A program made the position numbers and the translations under genes. The notes under the pieces were generated by a model. That model saw nothing but the letters and a program-made list of their open reading frames with translations, did no database searches and was not told the DNA's origin. Positions 33,366 to 43,802 of a stretch of DNA of 64,000 nucleotides are shown in pieces. Position 1 is the first letter of the stretch. The number at the start of each line of letters is the position of its first letter. Source of the DNA: an uncultured Pseudomonadota bacterium (GTDB lineage: Bacteria > Pseudomonadota > Alphaproteobacteria > JACZXZ01); the NCBI GenBank assembly GCA_963749075.1, contig CAVVLJ010000023.1, positions 1-64,000 on the forward strand. Reading direction: 5' to 3'.

Positions 33366-34660
33366 CGAGCCTCTTCCAGGCCTCCGCACCTCGGCCGCTG
33401 GCGGACCGGCTGCGCCCGAAGAGTCTGGCCGAGGTGGTGGGCCAGGACCATCTGCTCTCGCCCGAGGGCCCCATCGGCCGCATGGTGGCGTCCCGCCGCC
33501 TCGCCTCGATCATCCTCTGGGGCCCGCCCGGCTCGGGCAAGACGACCATCGCGCGCCTCTTGGCGCAAGTCAGCAAGCTGCAATTCGAGCTGCTCTCGGC
33601 CGTGTTCTCCGGCGTGGCGGAGCTGCGCAAGATCTTCGAGGCGGCGAGGAAGCGCCGCGAAATGGGCGAGGGCACGCTCCTCTTCATCGACGAGATCCAC
33701 CGCTTCAACCGCGCCCAGCAGGACGGCTTCCTGCCTTACGTCGAGGACGGCACGGTGACGCTCGTGGGCGCCACCACCGAGAACCCCTCCTTCGAGCTCA
33801 ATGCCGCCCTCCTCTCGCGCTGTCAGGTTCTGGTGCTGCGCCGCCTCGACGATGCGGCGCTCGAGACCCTGCTTCAGCGCGCCGAGGCGGCCGAGGGCCG
33901 CGCGCTGCCGCTCGATGCGGAAGCGCGCGCCACGCTGCGCGCCATCGCCGACGGCGACGGGCGCTACGTCCTCAACTTGGCCGAGGAGCTCTTCGCGCTT
34001 GAGCCCGCGGCACCCCTCGACACTCAGGCCCTCATGCGCGCCGTGCAGAAGCGCGCGCCCCTTTACGACAAGGCGCAGGAGGGCCACTACAACCTCATCT
34101 CGGCCCTGCACAAGAGCCTGCGCGGCTCGGACACGGACGCCGCCCTCTACTGGCTCGCGCGCATGCTGGCGGGCGGCGAGGACCCGCGCTACGTGGCGCG
34201 CCGCCTCACGCGCTTCGCCGTCGAGGACGTGGGGCTCGCGGACCCGGCTGCCCTCCTCCAGGCCATCGCCGCCTGGGAGACCTATGAGCGGCTCGGCTCG
34301 CCGGAGGGCGAGCTGGCGCTCGCCCAGCTCGTCATCTATCTCGCGACGGCGCCCAAGTCGAATGCGGCATACGTAGCACTCGCCGCCGCCAGCCGGTCGG
34401 CGCGGGAGACCGGCTCGCTGGCACCTCCCATGCACATCCTCAATGCGCCGACGCGGCTCATGCGCGATCTCGGCTACGGCAAGGGCTACGAGTACGACCA
34501 CGACACGCCGGAGGCCTTCTCCGGCCAGAACTACTTCCCCGACGGCATGGCGCGCGCGACCTTCTACGAGCCCGCCGAGCGCGGCTTCGAGCGCGAGATC
34601 AGGAAGCGCCTCGATTATTGGACGAAGCTGCGCGAGAAGAAGGCGCGGGGCGAGGGGTGA
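33362..34660 (+). CDS. rarA: Replication-associated recombination protein A (MgsA/RarA)
   Basis: TTG start; PLADRLRP, GPPGSGKTT, FIDEIHRFN, ISALHKSLRGSD. Confidence 0.96.
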   Translation: MTSLFQASAPRPLADRLRPKSLAEVVGQDHLLSPEGPIGRMVASRRLASIILWGPPGSGKTTIARLLAQVSKLQFELLSAVFSGVAELRKIFEAARKRREMGEGTLLFIDEIHRFNRAQQDGFLPYVEDGTVTLVGATTENPSFELNAALLSRCQVLVLRRLDDAALETLLQRAEAAEGRALPLDAEARATLRAIADGDGRYVLNLAEELFALEPAAPLDTQALMRAVQKRAPLYDKAQEGHYNLISALHKSLRGSDTDAALYWLARMLAGGEDPRYVARRLTRFAVEDVGLADPAALLQAIAAWETYERLGSPEGELALAQLVIYLATAPKSNAAYVALAAASRSARETGSLAPPMHILNAPTRLMRDLGYGKGYEYDHDTPEAFSGQNYFPDGMARATFYEPAERGFEREIRKRLDYWTKLREKKARGEG

Positions 34661-35655
34661 GCGGCGCCGTCGAGAGGCGCGTGGTGGCGGCCGACGAGGC
34701 GGGCCTGCGCCTCGACCGCTGGTTCAAGCGCCATTACCCCACGCTTCCCCACGGCCGGCTCGAGCGGCTCCTGCGCACGGGCCAGGTGCGCATCGACGGC
34801 CGCCGCGCCAAGGCGGGCGCCAGGCTCGACGCCGGCCAGAGCGTGCGCGTGCCGCCGCTCGAACCGAGCGCGCCGGCGCTGGCGCGGGAGCGGGAAGTGA
34901 GCGAACGCGAGGCGAGGCTCCTCGAGAGCTACGTGCTCTACCGCGACGACGACGTACTCGCGCTCAACAAGCCGCCGGGGCTTGCCGTGCAGGGCGGCAC
35001 GGGGACCGGCCGGCACCTCGACGCCATGCTCGACGCCTTGCGCTTCGGCTCGGCCGAGCGGCCGCGCCTCGTCCACCGCCTCGACCGCGACACGAGCGGC
35101 GTGCTCCTCATCGCGCGCAACGCCCTTGCCGCAACGAGGCTCGGCGAGGCCTTCCGCGATCGCACCACGCGCAAGATCTATTGGGCCGTCACGGTCGGCC
35201 TGCCCAAGCCGCTCCAGGGCAGGATCGACCTCCCCATCGCGAAGAAGGCCGCCGCCCGCGGCGGCGAGCGCATGGCGCCCGACGCCGAGGAGGGCCAGCG
35301 CGCCGTCAGCTACTACCGCGTGCTCGACCACCTCGGCCGCAAGGCGGCCTGGGTGGCGCTCTGGCCGGTGACCGGGCGCACCCACCAGCTCCGCGTCCAT
35401 ATGGCGGCAATCGGCACGCCGATCCTGGGCGACGGCAAGTACGGCGGCAAGGAGGCCTTCCTCGCGGGCGAGGCGATGCCGCGCGAGCTCCATCTCCATG
35501 CCCGCGCCATCGCGCTGCCGCATCCCCGCACCGGCCGCCCGCTGGCACTCCAGGCGCCGCTCCCCGAGCACATGCGCGCCACCTGGCGCCTCTTCGGCTT
35601 CGCCCCCGAGACCCACGAGGACCCCTTCGCCGAGCTCGAGGTGCGGTCGCTCTAA
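34657..35655 (+). CDS. RluA/RluC-family pseudouridine synthase
   Basis: S4-like N-terminus RLDRWF, NKPPGL, HRLDRDTSG, TGRTHQLRVH. Confidence 0.95.
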   Translation: MSGAVERRVVAADEAGLRLDRWFKRHYPTLPHGRLERLLRTGQVRIDGRRAKAGARLDAGQSVRVPPLEPSAPALAREREVSEREARLLESYVLYRDDDVLALNKPPGLAVQGGTGTGRHLDAMLDALRFGSAERPRLVHRLDRDTSGVLLIARNALAATRLGEAFRDRTTRKIYWAVTVGLPKPLQGRIDLPIAKKAAARGGERMAPDAEEGQRAVSYYRVLDHLGRKAAWVALWPVTGRTHQLRVHMAAIGTPILGDGKYGGKEAFLAGEAMPRELHLHARAIALPHPRTGRPLALQAPLPEHMRATWRLFGFAPETHEDPFAELEVRSL

Positions 35656-35680
35656 GCTCGGTATCGCGGATGCGCAGTCC

Positions 35681-35781
35681 ACCCCCCTCCCCAACCCTCC
35701 CCCTCAAGGGGGGAGGGGGAAGTTCGGCGGTACGCCAAGCACTTTCCCTCCCCCCTTGAGGGGGAGGGTAGGGTGGGGGGT
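35681..35781. repeat. Composite palindromic REP/RIME-like element (two inverted hairpin arms)
   Basis: ACCCCCCTCCCCAACCCTCCCCCTCAAGGGGGGAGGGGGAAGT ... ACTTTCCCTCCCCCCTTGAGGGGGAGGGTAGGGTGGGGGGT; second copy at 54740-54839. Confidence 0.9.
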
Positions 35782-35803
35782 CCAATTCCAGCGATGGCGA
35801 GCA

Positions 35804-36742
35804 TTAAACCGGCTTCGCGGCCGAAGAGGCGACGGTCCATGGTGCCGCTCCCGCCGTGAAGCGGCGCACGAGGAAATCGAGGAGCACGGCGACCCGGACC
35901 GCGCGCGGACCGCCTGCCGGCGTGAGGATGTTGAGCGCCAGCGGCGGTGCTGCCCAGTCCTGGAGGACGGCGACGAGGCGTCCGTCCTCGACGGCCTGCC
36001 AGGCGAGGAAATCCGGCTGGAGTGCGATCCCGGCGCCGGCTTCGAGCGCGAAGCTCAGCGCCTCGGCGTTGGTGGCACTGAGCCGGGGCTTGATCGCGAC
36101 GGCCTCCTCGCTGCCGTCGGCGGCGGTGAAGCGCCAGGTCTCGCCACTCGTGAGATAGCTGTAGGCAAGGCAATCGTGGTCCTTGATGTCCCGCGGCCGC
36201 TGCGGCGTGCCGTGGTGCTGGAAATAGGCCGGCGTGCCCACGACGAAGCGGCGCACCGGGCAGAGCCGGCGGGCGATCATGCTCGAGTCCGGCAGATCGG
36301 CAATGCGCAGCGCCACGTCGATGCCGCCCGCGACGAGGTCCACGAGGCGGTCGTCGAGCTGGAGATCGACCGAGACCTCGGGATAGCTTGCTAAGAAATC
36401 CGGCAGTGCCGGCGCCAGGTGGCGCATTCCGAACGACATGGGTGCCGCGAGGCGCACGCGGCCGCGCGGCGTCGCCGACTTGGCCTGGGCCTCCGCCTCG
36501 ACCGCCTCGCCCTCGGCGAGGATCTGCGCCGCCCGCACCGCCAGCACGCGGCCGGTCTCGGTCAGCGACAGGCGGCGCGAGGTGCGGTGGATGAGCCGCT
36601 CGCCCATGCGCGCCTCGAGCCGCTTCAGCGCCTTCGACACGGTAGCGCCGGACAGGCCGAGCTCGGCGGCGGTCCGCGCGAAGGAGCCGGTTTCCGCCAC
36701 CTTGGCGAAGATCGCCCAGGCTTCGAGGTCTGGAAGCGGCAT
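35804..36742 (-). CDS. LysR-family transcriptional regulator (CrgA-like)
   Basis: HTH IFAKVAETGSFARTAAELGLS, LEARMGERLIHRTSRRLSLTE; divergent from pirin. Confidence 0.95.
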   Translation of the reverse strand: MPLPDLEAWAIFAKVAETGSFARTAAELGLSGATVSKALKRLEARMGERLIHRTSRRLSLTETGRVLAVRAAQILAEGEAVEAEAQAKSATPRGRVRLAAPMSFGMRHLAPALPDFLASYPEVSVDLQLDDRLVDLVAGGIDVALRIADLPDSSMIARRLCPVRRFVVGTPAYFQHHGTPQRPRDIKDHDCLAYSYLTSGETWRFTAADGSEEAVAIKPRLSATNAEALSFALEAGAGIALQPDFLAWQAVEDGRLVAVLQDWAAPPLALNILTPAGGPRAVRVAVLLDFLVRRFTAGAAPWTVASSAAKPV

Positions 36743-36754
36743 GGCAGGACCCCA

Positions 36755-36790
36755 AAAATGGAAACGATGACATTCCATCCTTTCTATTTT
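36755..36790. promoter_or_regulatory. Putative LysR binding site in the divergent promoter
   Basis: AT-rich dyad ATGGAA-ACGATGACA-TTCCAT between LysR and pirin. Confidence 0.5.
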
Positions 36791-36863
36791 CACGGGCACC
36801 GTCCAGCACCAAATTAGGCGCAACAGGCGGCCGAGGCCGCGACCCCTTGGAGGAGCATCCGAC

Positions 36864-37562
36864 ATGATCGAGCGCAGGCCGTTCGCCGCCTTGGGCGGAG
36901 CCGACCACGGCTGGCTCAAGGCCAAGCACCATTTCTCCTTCGCCGGCTACTACGATCCCGAGCGCATGCACTGGGGCAATCTCAGGGTCTGGAACGACGA
37001 CGAGATCGCCGCCAAGACGGGCTTCCCGCCGCATCCCCATGCCGACATGGAGATCATCACCTACGTCCGCGAGGGCGCCATCACCCATCGCGACTCGATG
37101 GGCAACACGGGCCGCACCGAGGCGGGCGACGTGCAGGTCATGTCGGCCGGATCGGGCGTGCGCCACTCGGAATACAATCTCGAGGACGAGACCACCCGTC
37201 TTTTCCAGATCTGGATCGAGCCGACCACGCGCGGCGGGTCGCCGTCCTGGGGCGCCAAGCCGTTCCCCAAGGCCGACCGCTCGGGCCAGTTCGTGACGCT
37301 GGCGAGCGGCTTTGCCGAGGACAAGGAAGCCCTGCCGATCCGCACCGACGCGCGCGTCATGGGGGCGACCGTCAAGGCCGGCGAGCGCGTAACGCTCGCC
37401 CTCGACCCCGAGCGGCACGCCTATCTCGTACCGGCGACGGGCGCCCTCGAGGTGGGCGGCGTGCGCATCGAGGCGCGCGACGGTGCCGCGATCACCGGCC
37501 TCGACAGCGTGGAAATTGTCGGGATTGACGACGCGGAGGTGGTCCTCGTCGACGCCGCCTGA
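36864..37562 (+). CDS. Pirin family protein (YhhW-like)
   Basis: HHFSFAGYYDP, HPHADMEIITYV, QVMSAGSGVRHSE. Confidence 0.95.
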   Translation: MIERRPFAALGGADHGWLKAKHHFSFAGYYDPERMHWGNLRVWNDDEIAAKTGFPPHPHADMEIITYVREGAITHRDSMGNTGRTEAGDVQVMSAGSGVRHSEYNLEDETTRLFQIWIEPTTRGGSPSWGAKPFPKADRSGQFVTLASGFAEDKEALPIRTDARVMGATVKAGERVTLALDPERHAYLVPATGALEVGGVRIEARDGAAITGLDSVEIVGIDDAEVVLVDAA

Positions 37563-37650
37563 GGGCCGGAGCGAGCGCAGCAGACCAGGCTCGGTCCGTC
37601 GCAAGAGCAATCCCTATCGCACGCGAAACCATTCGAACCGGAGAAGCCGC

Positions 37651-38298
37651 ATGTCGTATCAACAGATGATCAGCCCGTCGAACTGCGCGCTTGCGCTGAT
37701 CGACTTCCAGCCGGCCATGTTCCAGGGCGTGCAGAGCCACGACCGCAAGGTCATCGTGGACAACGTCCAGGTGCTGGCGCGCACGGCCAAGACCTTCAAG
37801 CTGCCGGTCGTCATCAGCACGGTGGCCAAGGACAGCTTCTCGGGGCCGTTCATGCCGGAGGTGACCGAGGGCGTCTTCCCGGGCCACGCCGTGATCGACC
37901 GCACCTCGATCAATTCCTGGCTCGATCCCAACTTCCGCAAGGCGGTCGAGGCGACCGGGCGCAAGCGCATCGTGGTGGCCGGTCTGTGGACCAGCGCCTG
38001 CGTGAGCTTCCCGACCTTCGACATGCTGGCCGCCGGCTACGAGGTCTTCTTCGTCGCCGACGCCTGCGGCGACACCTCGCACGAGGCGCACGAGCGCGCG
38101 GTTCAGCGCCTCATCCAGGCGGGTGCCGCGCCGATGAGCGCTCTCCAGTTCGTCTTCGAGCTGCAGCAGGATTGGGCGCGCGCCGAGACCTACGACGCCA
38201 TCATGGAGATCCTCAAGGACTTGACACCCTACGGCATCCAGGTGCGTTTCTCGAAATGGGCGCTCGGCGAGCACGCTTCGGAAGCGGGCAAGGCGTAA
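37651..38298 (+). CDS. Isochorismatase-family hydrolase (YcaC-like)
   Basis: LIDFQP, RTSINSW, AGLWTSAC. Confidence 0.92.
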   Translation: MSYQQMISPSNCALALIDFQPAMFQGVQSHDRKVIVDNVQVLARTAKTFKLPVVISTVAKDSFSGPFMPEVTEGVFPGHAVIDRTSINSWLDPNFRKAVEATGRKRIVVAGLWTSACVSFPTFDMLAAGYEVFFVADACGDTSHEAHERAVQRLIQAGAAPMSALQFVFELQQDWARAETYDAIMEILKDLTPYGIQVRFSKWALGEHASEAGKA

Positions 38299-38342
38299 GC
38301 CGTCTCCCGACGCGCCGCCGCCCAACCGCCGGAGACCCGCTC

Positions 38343-40236
38343 ATGACCCGCCCCAACGACGCGCCCGACCTCATCCTTCATCGCGGCCTCTTCGCCACGC
38401 TCGACCGCTCGAACCCCGCTGCCAGCGCGGTCGCGATCAAGGACGGCACCTTCGCCGCGGTCGGCCGCGAGCAGGACGTGATGCTGCTCGCCGGGCCCGC
38501 AACCAAGGTCATCGACCTCAAAGGCCGCCGCGTATTGCCGGGCCTCATCGACAACCATCTCCACATCATCCGCGGCGGCCTCAACTTCAACATGGAGCTG
38601 CGCTGGGATGGGGTGCGCTCGCTCGCCGACGCGATGGCCATGCTCAAGCGCCAGGTGGCGGCGACCCCGCCGCCGCAATGGGTGCGCGTCGTGGGCGGCT
38701 TCACGGCGCATCAGTTCGCCGAGAAGCGGCTGCCGACGATCGACGAGCTCAATGCCGTAGCACCCGAGACGCCGGTCTTCATCCTCCACCTCTACGACCG
38801 CGCGCTTCTGAACGGTGCCGCTCTCCGCGCCGTGGGCTATACCAAGGACACGCCCGAGCCGCCCGGCGGCGAGATCGTCCGCGACGCCGCGGGCAATCCG
38901 AGCGGGCTCCTGCTCGCCAAGCCGAACGCGGCGATCCTTTATGCCACTTTGGCGAAGGGGCCGAAGCTGCCCTTCGAGTACCAGCTCAACTCCACGCGCC
39001 ATTTCATGCGCGAGCTCAATCGCCTGGGCGTCACGGGCGCCATCGACGCGGGCGGCGGCTTCCAGAACTATCCCGAGGATTACGCCGTGATCCAGAAGCT
39101 GGCCGATGACGGGCAGCTCACCATCCGCCTCGCCTATAACCTCTTCACCCAGAAGCCCAAAGGCGAGAAGGACGATTTCCTCAACTGGACGCGAACGTCG
39201 AAATACAAGCAGGGCGGCGACTATTTCCGCCACAACGGTGCCGGCGAGATGCTGGTGTTCTCCGCCGCCGACTTCGAGGATTTCCGCGAGCCGCGGCCGG
39301 ACATGCCGGCCGAGATGGAGGGCGAGCTCGACGCCGTCGTCCGCATCCTCGCGGAGAACCGCTGGCCCTGGCGGCTCCACGCCACCTATGACGAGACGAT
39401 CAGCCGGGCGCTCGACGTCTTCGAGCGCGTCGACCAGGACATCCCGCTCGCGGGGCTCAACTGGTTCTTCGATCATGCCGAGACGATCTCGGACCAGTCG
39501 ATCGACCGCATCGCAGCGCTTGGCGGCGGCATTGCCGTGCAGCACCGCATGGCCTATCAGGGCGAGTATTTCGTCGAGCGCTACGGCCCGGGCGCTGCCG
39601 AAGCGACGCCGCCCGTGGTGCGCATGCTGGAGAAGGGCGTCAAGGTCTCGGCCGGCACGGACGCCACCCGCGTCGCCTCTTACAACCCCTGGGTCTCGCT
39701 CGCCTGGCTCGTCACCGGCCGGACGCTCGGCGGCCTCGCCCTCTATCCACGGCGCAACTGCCTCGACCGCGAGACGGCGCTCAGGATGTGGAGCGAGAAC
39801 GTGACCTGGTTCTCGGGCGAGGAGGGCAGGAAAGGGCGCATCGAAGTGGGCCAGCTTGCCGACCTCATGGTGCCCGACCGGGATTATTTCGCCTGCGCCG
39901 AGGAGGAGATCGCCGCACATCGCGTCAGACCTCACCGTCGTCGGCGGCAAGGTGGTCTACGGCGCCGGCGACTTCCGGCGCCTCGACGACGCCCCGCCGC
40001 CGCCCGCGATGCCGGACTGGTCGCCGGTGCGAACCTTCGGCGGCTATGGCGCCTGGGGCGACAAGCGTGCTGCCGGCCAGGTGCCGGCAATGCGCGAGGC
40101 GGCCGCGGCGTGCGGCTGCGCCCATCGTTGCAGCATTCACGGCCATGACCACGCCGCCGCCTGGTCCGGCCGCATTCCCGCAGCCGACCTCAAGAGCTTC
40201 TGGGGTGCGCTCGGCTGCGCCTGCTGGGCGGTTTGA
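38343..40236 (+). CDS. YtcJ-like amidohydrolase (amidohydrolase 3), +1 frameshift at ~39916
   Basis: PGLIDNHLH, RLHATYDETI, FDHAET, AGTDATRV; C-terminus (LTVVGGKVVY..LGCACWAV) lies in ORF 39856..40236. Confidence 0.9.
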
Positions 40237-40251
40237 GAGGAGAGAAATTCC

Positions 40252-41139
40252 ATGCGCATGAGCAGCGCCCTTCTGTTGATCGCCGGCCTGGCCTGTATCG
40301 GGGCAACTGCTGCCGCCAAGCCCGCAACGCCGGTTGTCGCGGTCGGCCCGCAGTACGACACGACGCATGTCTATGTCGCACCCGAGGATTTCGAGCGCTT
40401 CGTCGCAAGCCTCTTGGCGACGTTCGGCGGCACCGCGTCGAAGGAGGGCGTCTTCACCGTCACCCCGACGCCGAGCAGCACCATGTCCCAGCTGGTGCTC
40501 ACGCCTGTCGGCACGCTCTCCGTCTTCGGCTTCAAGACGCCGGTCCCCTATCCGTTCGGCGCGGAACGCACGGGCTATCTGGTCACCGACCTCGATTTGG
40601 CGGCCCGCGTCGCCCGCGCCGGCGGCGCCGACGTGCTCGTGACGCCGTTCAACGATCCCATCGGCCGCGACGTCATCATCCAGTGGCCCGGCGGCGTCGG
40701 CATGCAGCTCTATTGGCACACGACGAAGCCCTCCTATGCGCCGCTCGCGACCGTTCCGGAAAACCGCGTCTACGTGTCCGCCGACCGGGCCGCCGCGTTC
40801 GTTCGCGGCTTCGTGGCTTTCGCGCACGGCAAGATCGTCTCCGACGACGCCCATGCGCCCGGCGTCGAGATCGGGCGCCCGAAGGAGAGCTACCGGCGCA
40901 TCCGCATCGAATCGACGTTCGGCAGGATGACCGTGCTGGTGACCGACGGCCATCTCCCCTATCCCTACGGCCGCGAGCTCACCGGCTACGAGGTCGCGAA
41001 GCTCGCGGACACCCTTGCCAAGGCGAAGGCGGCCGGGGCGGTCGTGCTGGCGGGCCCTTACAGCGCCGATCATCGCGACGCCGCGATTCTGCAGTTCCCC
41101 GGTGGCTACATCGCCGAGATCCACGCTCCCGCCGGCTGA
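40252..41139 (+). CDS. Secreted glyoxalase/VOC-like protein
   Basis: Signal peptide; VGPQYDTTHVYV; duplicated GY.V..L and FPGG motifs. Confidence 0.75.
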   Translation: MRMSSALLLIAGLACIGATAAAKPATPVVAVGPQYDTTHVYVAPEDFERFVASLLATFGGTASKEGVFTVTPTPSSTMSQLVLTPVGTLSVFGFKTPVPYPFGAERTGYLVTDLDLAARVARAGGADVLVTPFNDPIGRDVIIQWPGGVGMQLYWHTTKPSYAPLATVPENRVYVSADRAAAFVRGFVAFAHGKIVSDDAHAPGVEIGRPKESYRRIRIESTFGRMTVLVTDGHLPYPYGRELTGYEVAKLADTLAKAKAAGAVVLAGPYSADHRDAAILQFPGGYIAEIHAPAG

Positions 41140-41152
41140 GCCCGGCGCGGTC

Positions 41153-42547
41153 GTGCCGCGGCGCACCTTCCTGGTCGTGCTGTTGGCTCTCTTTGCAAGA
41201 GAGACGCCCGTCCTGGCCGACGATGCCGCGGCAGTGCGGCCGGCGATCATGTTCTACCGCTGGCAGGAGGATTGGTCGGCGTTGGCGGACCCGGCGCTGC
41301 GCACCGAGCCGTTCGACGCTCTCAAATACATCCCCCTGGCGCCCGACGATCCCAAGAGCTACGTCTCGCTGGGCGCCAATCTGCGCGAGCGCTTCGAGTC
41401 GGTCGACGCGCCGTCCTTCGGTATCGGCAAGCAAGCCGGCGAGAGCTACCTTCTCCAGCGCTTCCAGATTCACGCGGATGTCCGTCCGGACGAGAACTGG
41501 CAGATCTTCGCCCAGCTCGAGGACGCGCGCGCGCCCTGGAAGGCTACGCTCACTCCCGTCGACGAGGACCAGCTCGATCTCGCCCAGGCCTTCGTCGCCT
41601 ATTTCGCTCCGCTTGCCGGCGGCGAGCTCAAGGTCAAGATCGGGCGCCAGGAGATCGGCTTCGACCTGCAGCGCTTCGTCTCGGTCCGCGACGGCCCGAA
41701 CGTGCGCCAGGCCTTCGATGCGGCGTGGGTGGACTGGGAGACGGACCCCTGGCGGGTCATCAGCTTCTGGGGCCATCCGGTGCAATATCGCAGCGTCAGT
41801 CCATTCGACGATTTCTCCAACGGTCATTTCCAGTATGGCGGCTTCAGGGTCGAGCGCAAGGACGTGGGGCCGGGAAAGCTCTCCGCCTATTACTCGCGCT
41901 ATGAGCTGGACGGCGCCAAATATCTTTACGCCGCCGGCAACGAGCGGCGCGACATCGGCGACGTGCGCTACGCGGGTGCGGCGAGCGGCGTCGACTGGGA
42001 CCTCGAGGCCATGGGCCAGGGAGGCAATGTGGGTGACGCCCGCGTGCGCGCCTGGGCGCTCGGCGCATTGACCGGCTACACCTTCTCGCACGTGGGCTGG
42101 ACGCCGCGCCTGGGCCTCCAGGCGGACGCCGCCTCGGGCGACCGCCATCCCGGCAGTGGCACGCTCGGGACCTTCAATCCGCTCTTCCCCAACGGCTACT
42201 ACTTCACGCTCGCCGGCTTCACCGGCTATACCAACCTCATCCACCTCAAGCCGTCGCTCACGGTGAAGCCCACGGGGAAGCTGACGCTCCTCGCGGCCCT
42301 CGGCCTGCAATGGCGCGAGACGGCGGCCGACGCCGTCTACACCCAGCCCGATGTCCCCGTGCCGGGCACCGCCGGGAAGCCGGGGCGCTGGTCGGGCGCC
42401 TATGGGCAGCTCCGCGCCGATTGGGCGGTGACGCGCAACCTTGCCGCTGCCGTGGAGGCCGTCCATTACGAGATCGGTCAGGCCATCAGGCGCGCCGGCG
42501 GCCACGATTCCGACTATCTCGGCGTCGAGCTCAAGTTCGGCTGGTGA
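41153..42547 (+). CDS. Alginate-export (AlgE-like) family outer-membrane beta-barrel
   Basis: RWQEDWS, GRQEIGF..RDGPNVRQAFD, GTFNPLFP; terminal aromatic residue (FGW). Confidence 0.85.
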   Translation: MPRRTFLVVLLALFARETPVLADDAAAVRPAIMFYRWQEDWSALADPALRTEPFDALKYIPLAPDDPKSYVSLGANLRERFESVDAPSFGIGKQAGESYLLQRFQIHADVRPDENWQIFAQLEDARAPWKATLTPVDEDQLDLAQAFVAYFAPLAGGELKVKIGRQEIGFDLQRFVSVRDGPNVRQAFDAAWVDWETDPWRVISFWGHPVQYRSVSPFDDFSNGHFQYGGFRVERKDVGPGKLSAYYSRYELDGAKYLYAAGNERRDIGDVRYAGAASGVDWDLEAMGQGGNVGDARVRAWALGALTGYTFSHVGWTPRLGLQADAASGDRHPGSGTLGTFNPLFPNGYYFTLAGFTGYTNLIHLKPSLTVKPTGKLTLLAALGLQWRETAADAVYTQPDVPVPGTAGKPGRWSGAYGQLRADWAVTRNLAAAVEAVHYEIGQAIRRAGGHDSDYLGVELKFGW

Positions 42548-42566
42548 GATGACGGGCTCGCGCGCG

Positions 42567-43802
42567 TCACCGACCTGCTGACCCGGCCTCCTTGAGCGGC
42601 GCGCGCAGCGGCCACGTGAGCGGGATGACGAGGAGGACGACCGCGGCGACGACGGCTAAGGTCGAGGGCACGCCGATGCGGTCGCTCAAGAAGCCGTAGA
42701 GCAGGGGCGAGAGCGCGCTGCCGCCGATCCCGAGGGTATAGAAGAGGCCGAAGGCGCGGGCGCGCCGCTCGCGCGGCGCCAGCTCGGCGACCGTGCCGTA
42801 GAGCACCGAGGAGGTGCCGTTGAGCGCAACGCCGATGAGCGGCAGCAGCACGAGCGCCTGGGCGACCGAGAGCGGCAGGAGGGCGAGGATGAGGAGCGTG
42901 GTCGCACACTCGGTCAGGATCACCGTGCGCAGGATGCCGACCCGGTCGGCCACCAGGCCGCAGACGAACTTGCCCGCCGCACCGCCTGCGAAGACGAGGG
43001 CCATGGCGAGACCGAGGGTCGGCAGCGTCGCCCCCTTGGCATTGAGGAGGAAGGGGAGGAGGACGAGGAAGCCGCTGCGCGTGCCGTTGTCGAGGACGCC
43101 GATCGCGGAGAGTGCCGCGAAACCGCGGTAGGTGCCCGGCGACCCGGTGCCCGCACCTGGCTCCGCTGCCGTCTCCTCCTTGGCACGCGCCGCCTCGGCG
43201 CGCGGCGCCAGTACCCAGAGGCCGGCGAGTGCCGCCGCCAGCACGGCAGCCCCCATGGCCATGCTGGTGGCGCGCCAGGCCATGAGGGCGATGAGCCAGG
43301 CGGCGAGCGCCGGCAGCGCCGCCTTGCCCACGTCGCCCGCGAAGTTGTAGGTGCCGAGGGCTGCGCGCAAGCCCCGCCCGTCATAAGCGCGGGAGATCAG
43401 CGAGGAGCCGATGGGATGCTGCACGCTCGAGCCGGCGCCGCTGAGCACGAGCGAGAGGGCGAGTGCCGCGAAGCCGCCCGACCAGCCGGCGAGCACGAAG
43501 CCACCGCCCGCGAGCGCCGTGCCGAGGAGGAGGAGCGTGGCGGCGCTGCCGCGCTCGGCGAGCATCCCGGCCGGGACCTGGAGGCCGGCGAGCGCTCCCG
43601 AATAGAGCGTCTTCAAGAGGCCGATCTCGGCAAGCGAGAGGCCGAAGGCGCCCTGCCAGATGGGGAAGAGCACGTAGAGCACGTTGCCGAGGCCATCATG
43701 CAGCACATGGGCGCCGCAGCAGGCCGCGAGCGCGCGCCGCTTCGCGGCAGTGTTGGCTAGGCGCGATGATTCGGCGTCGTCGAGTGCAGCGGCCATTGTC
43801 AT
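42567..43802 (-). CDS. MFS transporter
   Basis: About 12 hydrophobic helices; AGSSVQHP, GLVADRVG motif A. Confidence 0.92.
   Translation of the reverse strand: MTMAAALDDAESSRLANTAAKRRALAACCGAHVLHDGLGNVLYVLFPIWQGAFGLSLAEIGLLKTLYSGALAGLQVPAGMLAERGSAATLLLLGTALAGGGFVLAGWSGGFAALALSLVLSGAGSSVQHPIGSSLISRAYDGRGLRAALGTYNFAGDVGKAALPALAAWLIALMAWRATSMAMGAAVLAAALAGLWVLAPRAEAARAKEETAAEPGAGTGSPGTYRGFAALSAIGVLDNGTRSGFLVLLPFLLNAKGATLPTLGLAMALVFAGGAAGKFVCGLVADRVGILRTVILTECATTLLILALLPLSVAQALVLLPLIGVALNGTSSVLYGTVAELAPRERRARAFGLFYTLGIGGSALSPLLYGFLSDRIGVPSTLAVVAAVVLLVIPLTWPLRAPLKEAGSAGR

Noticed and set aside
39900-39930. Programmed frameshift in the amidohydrolase
   Set aside because: No slippery sequence; a single extra C (GCC G[C]AC ATC) fits the error pattern seen elsewhere.
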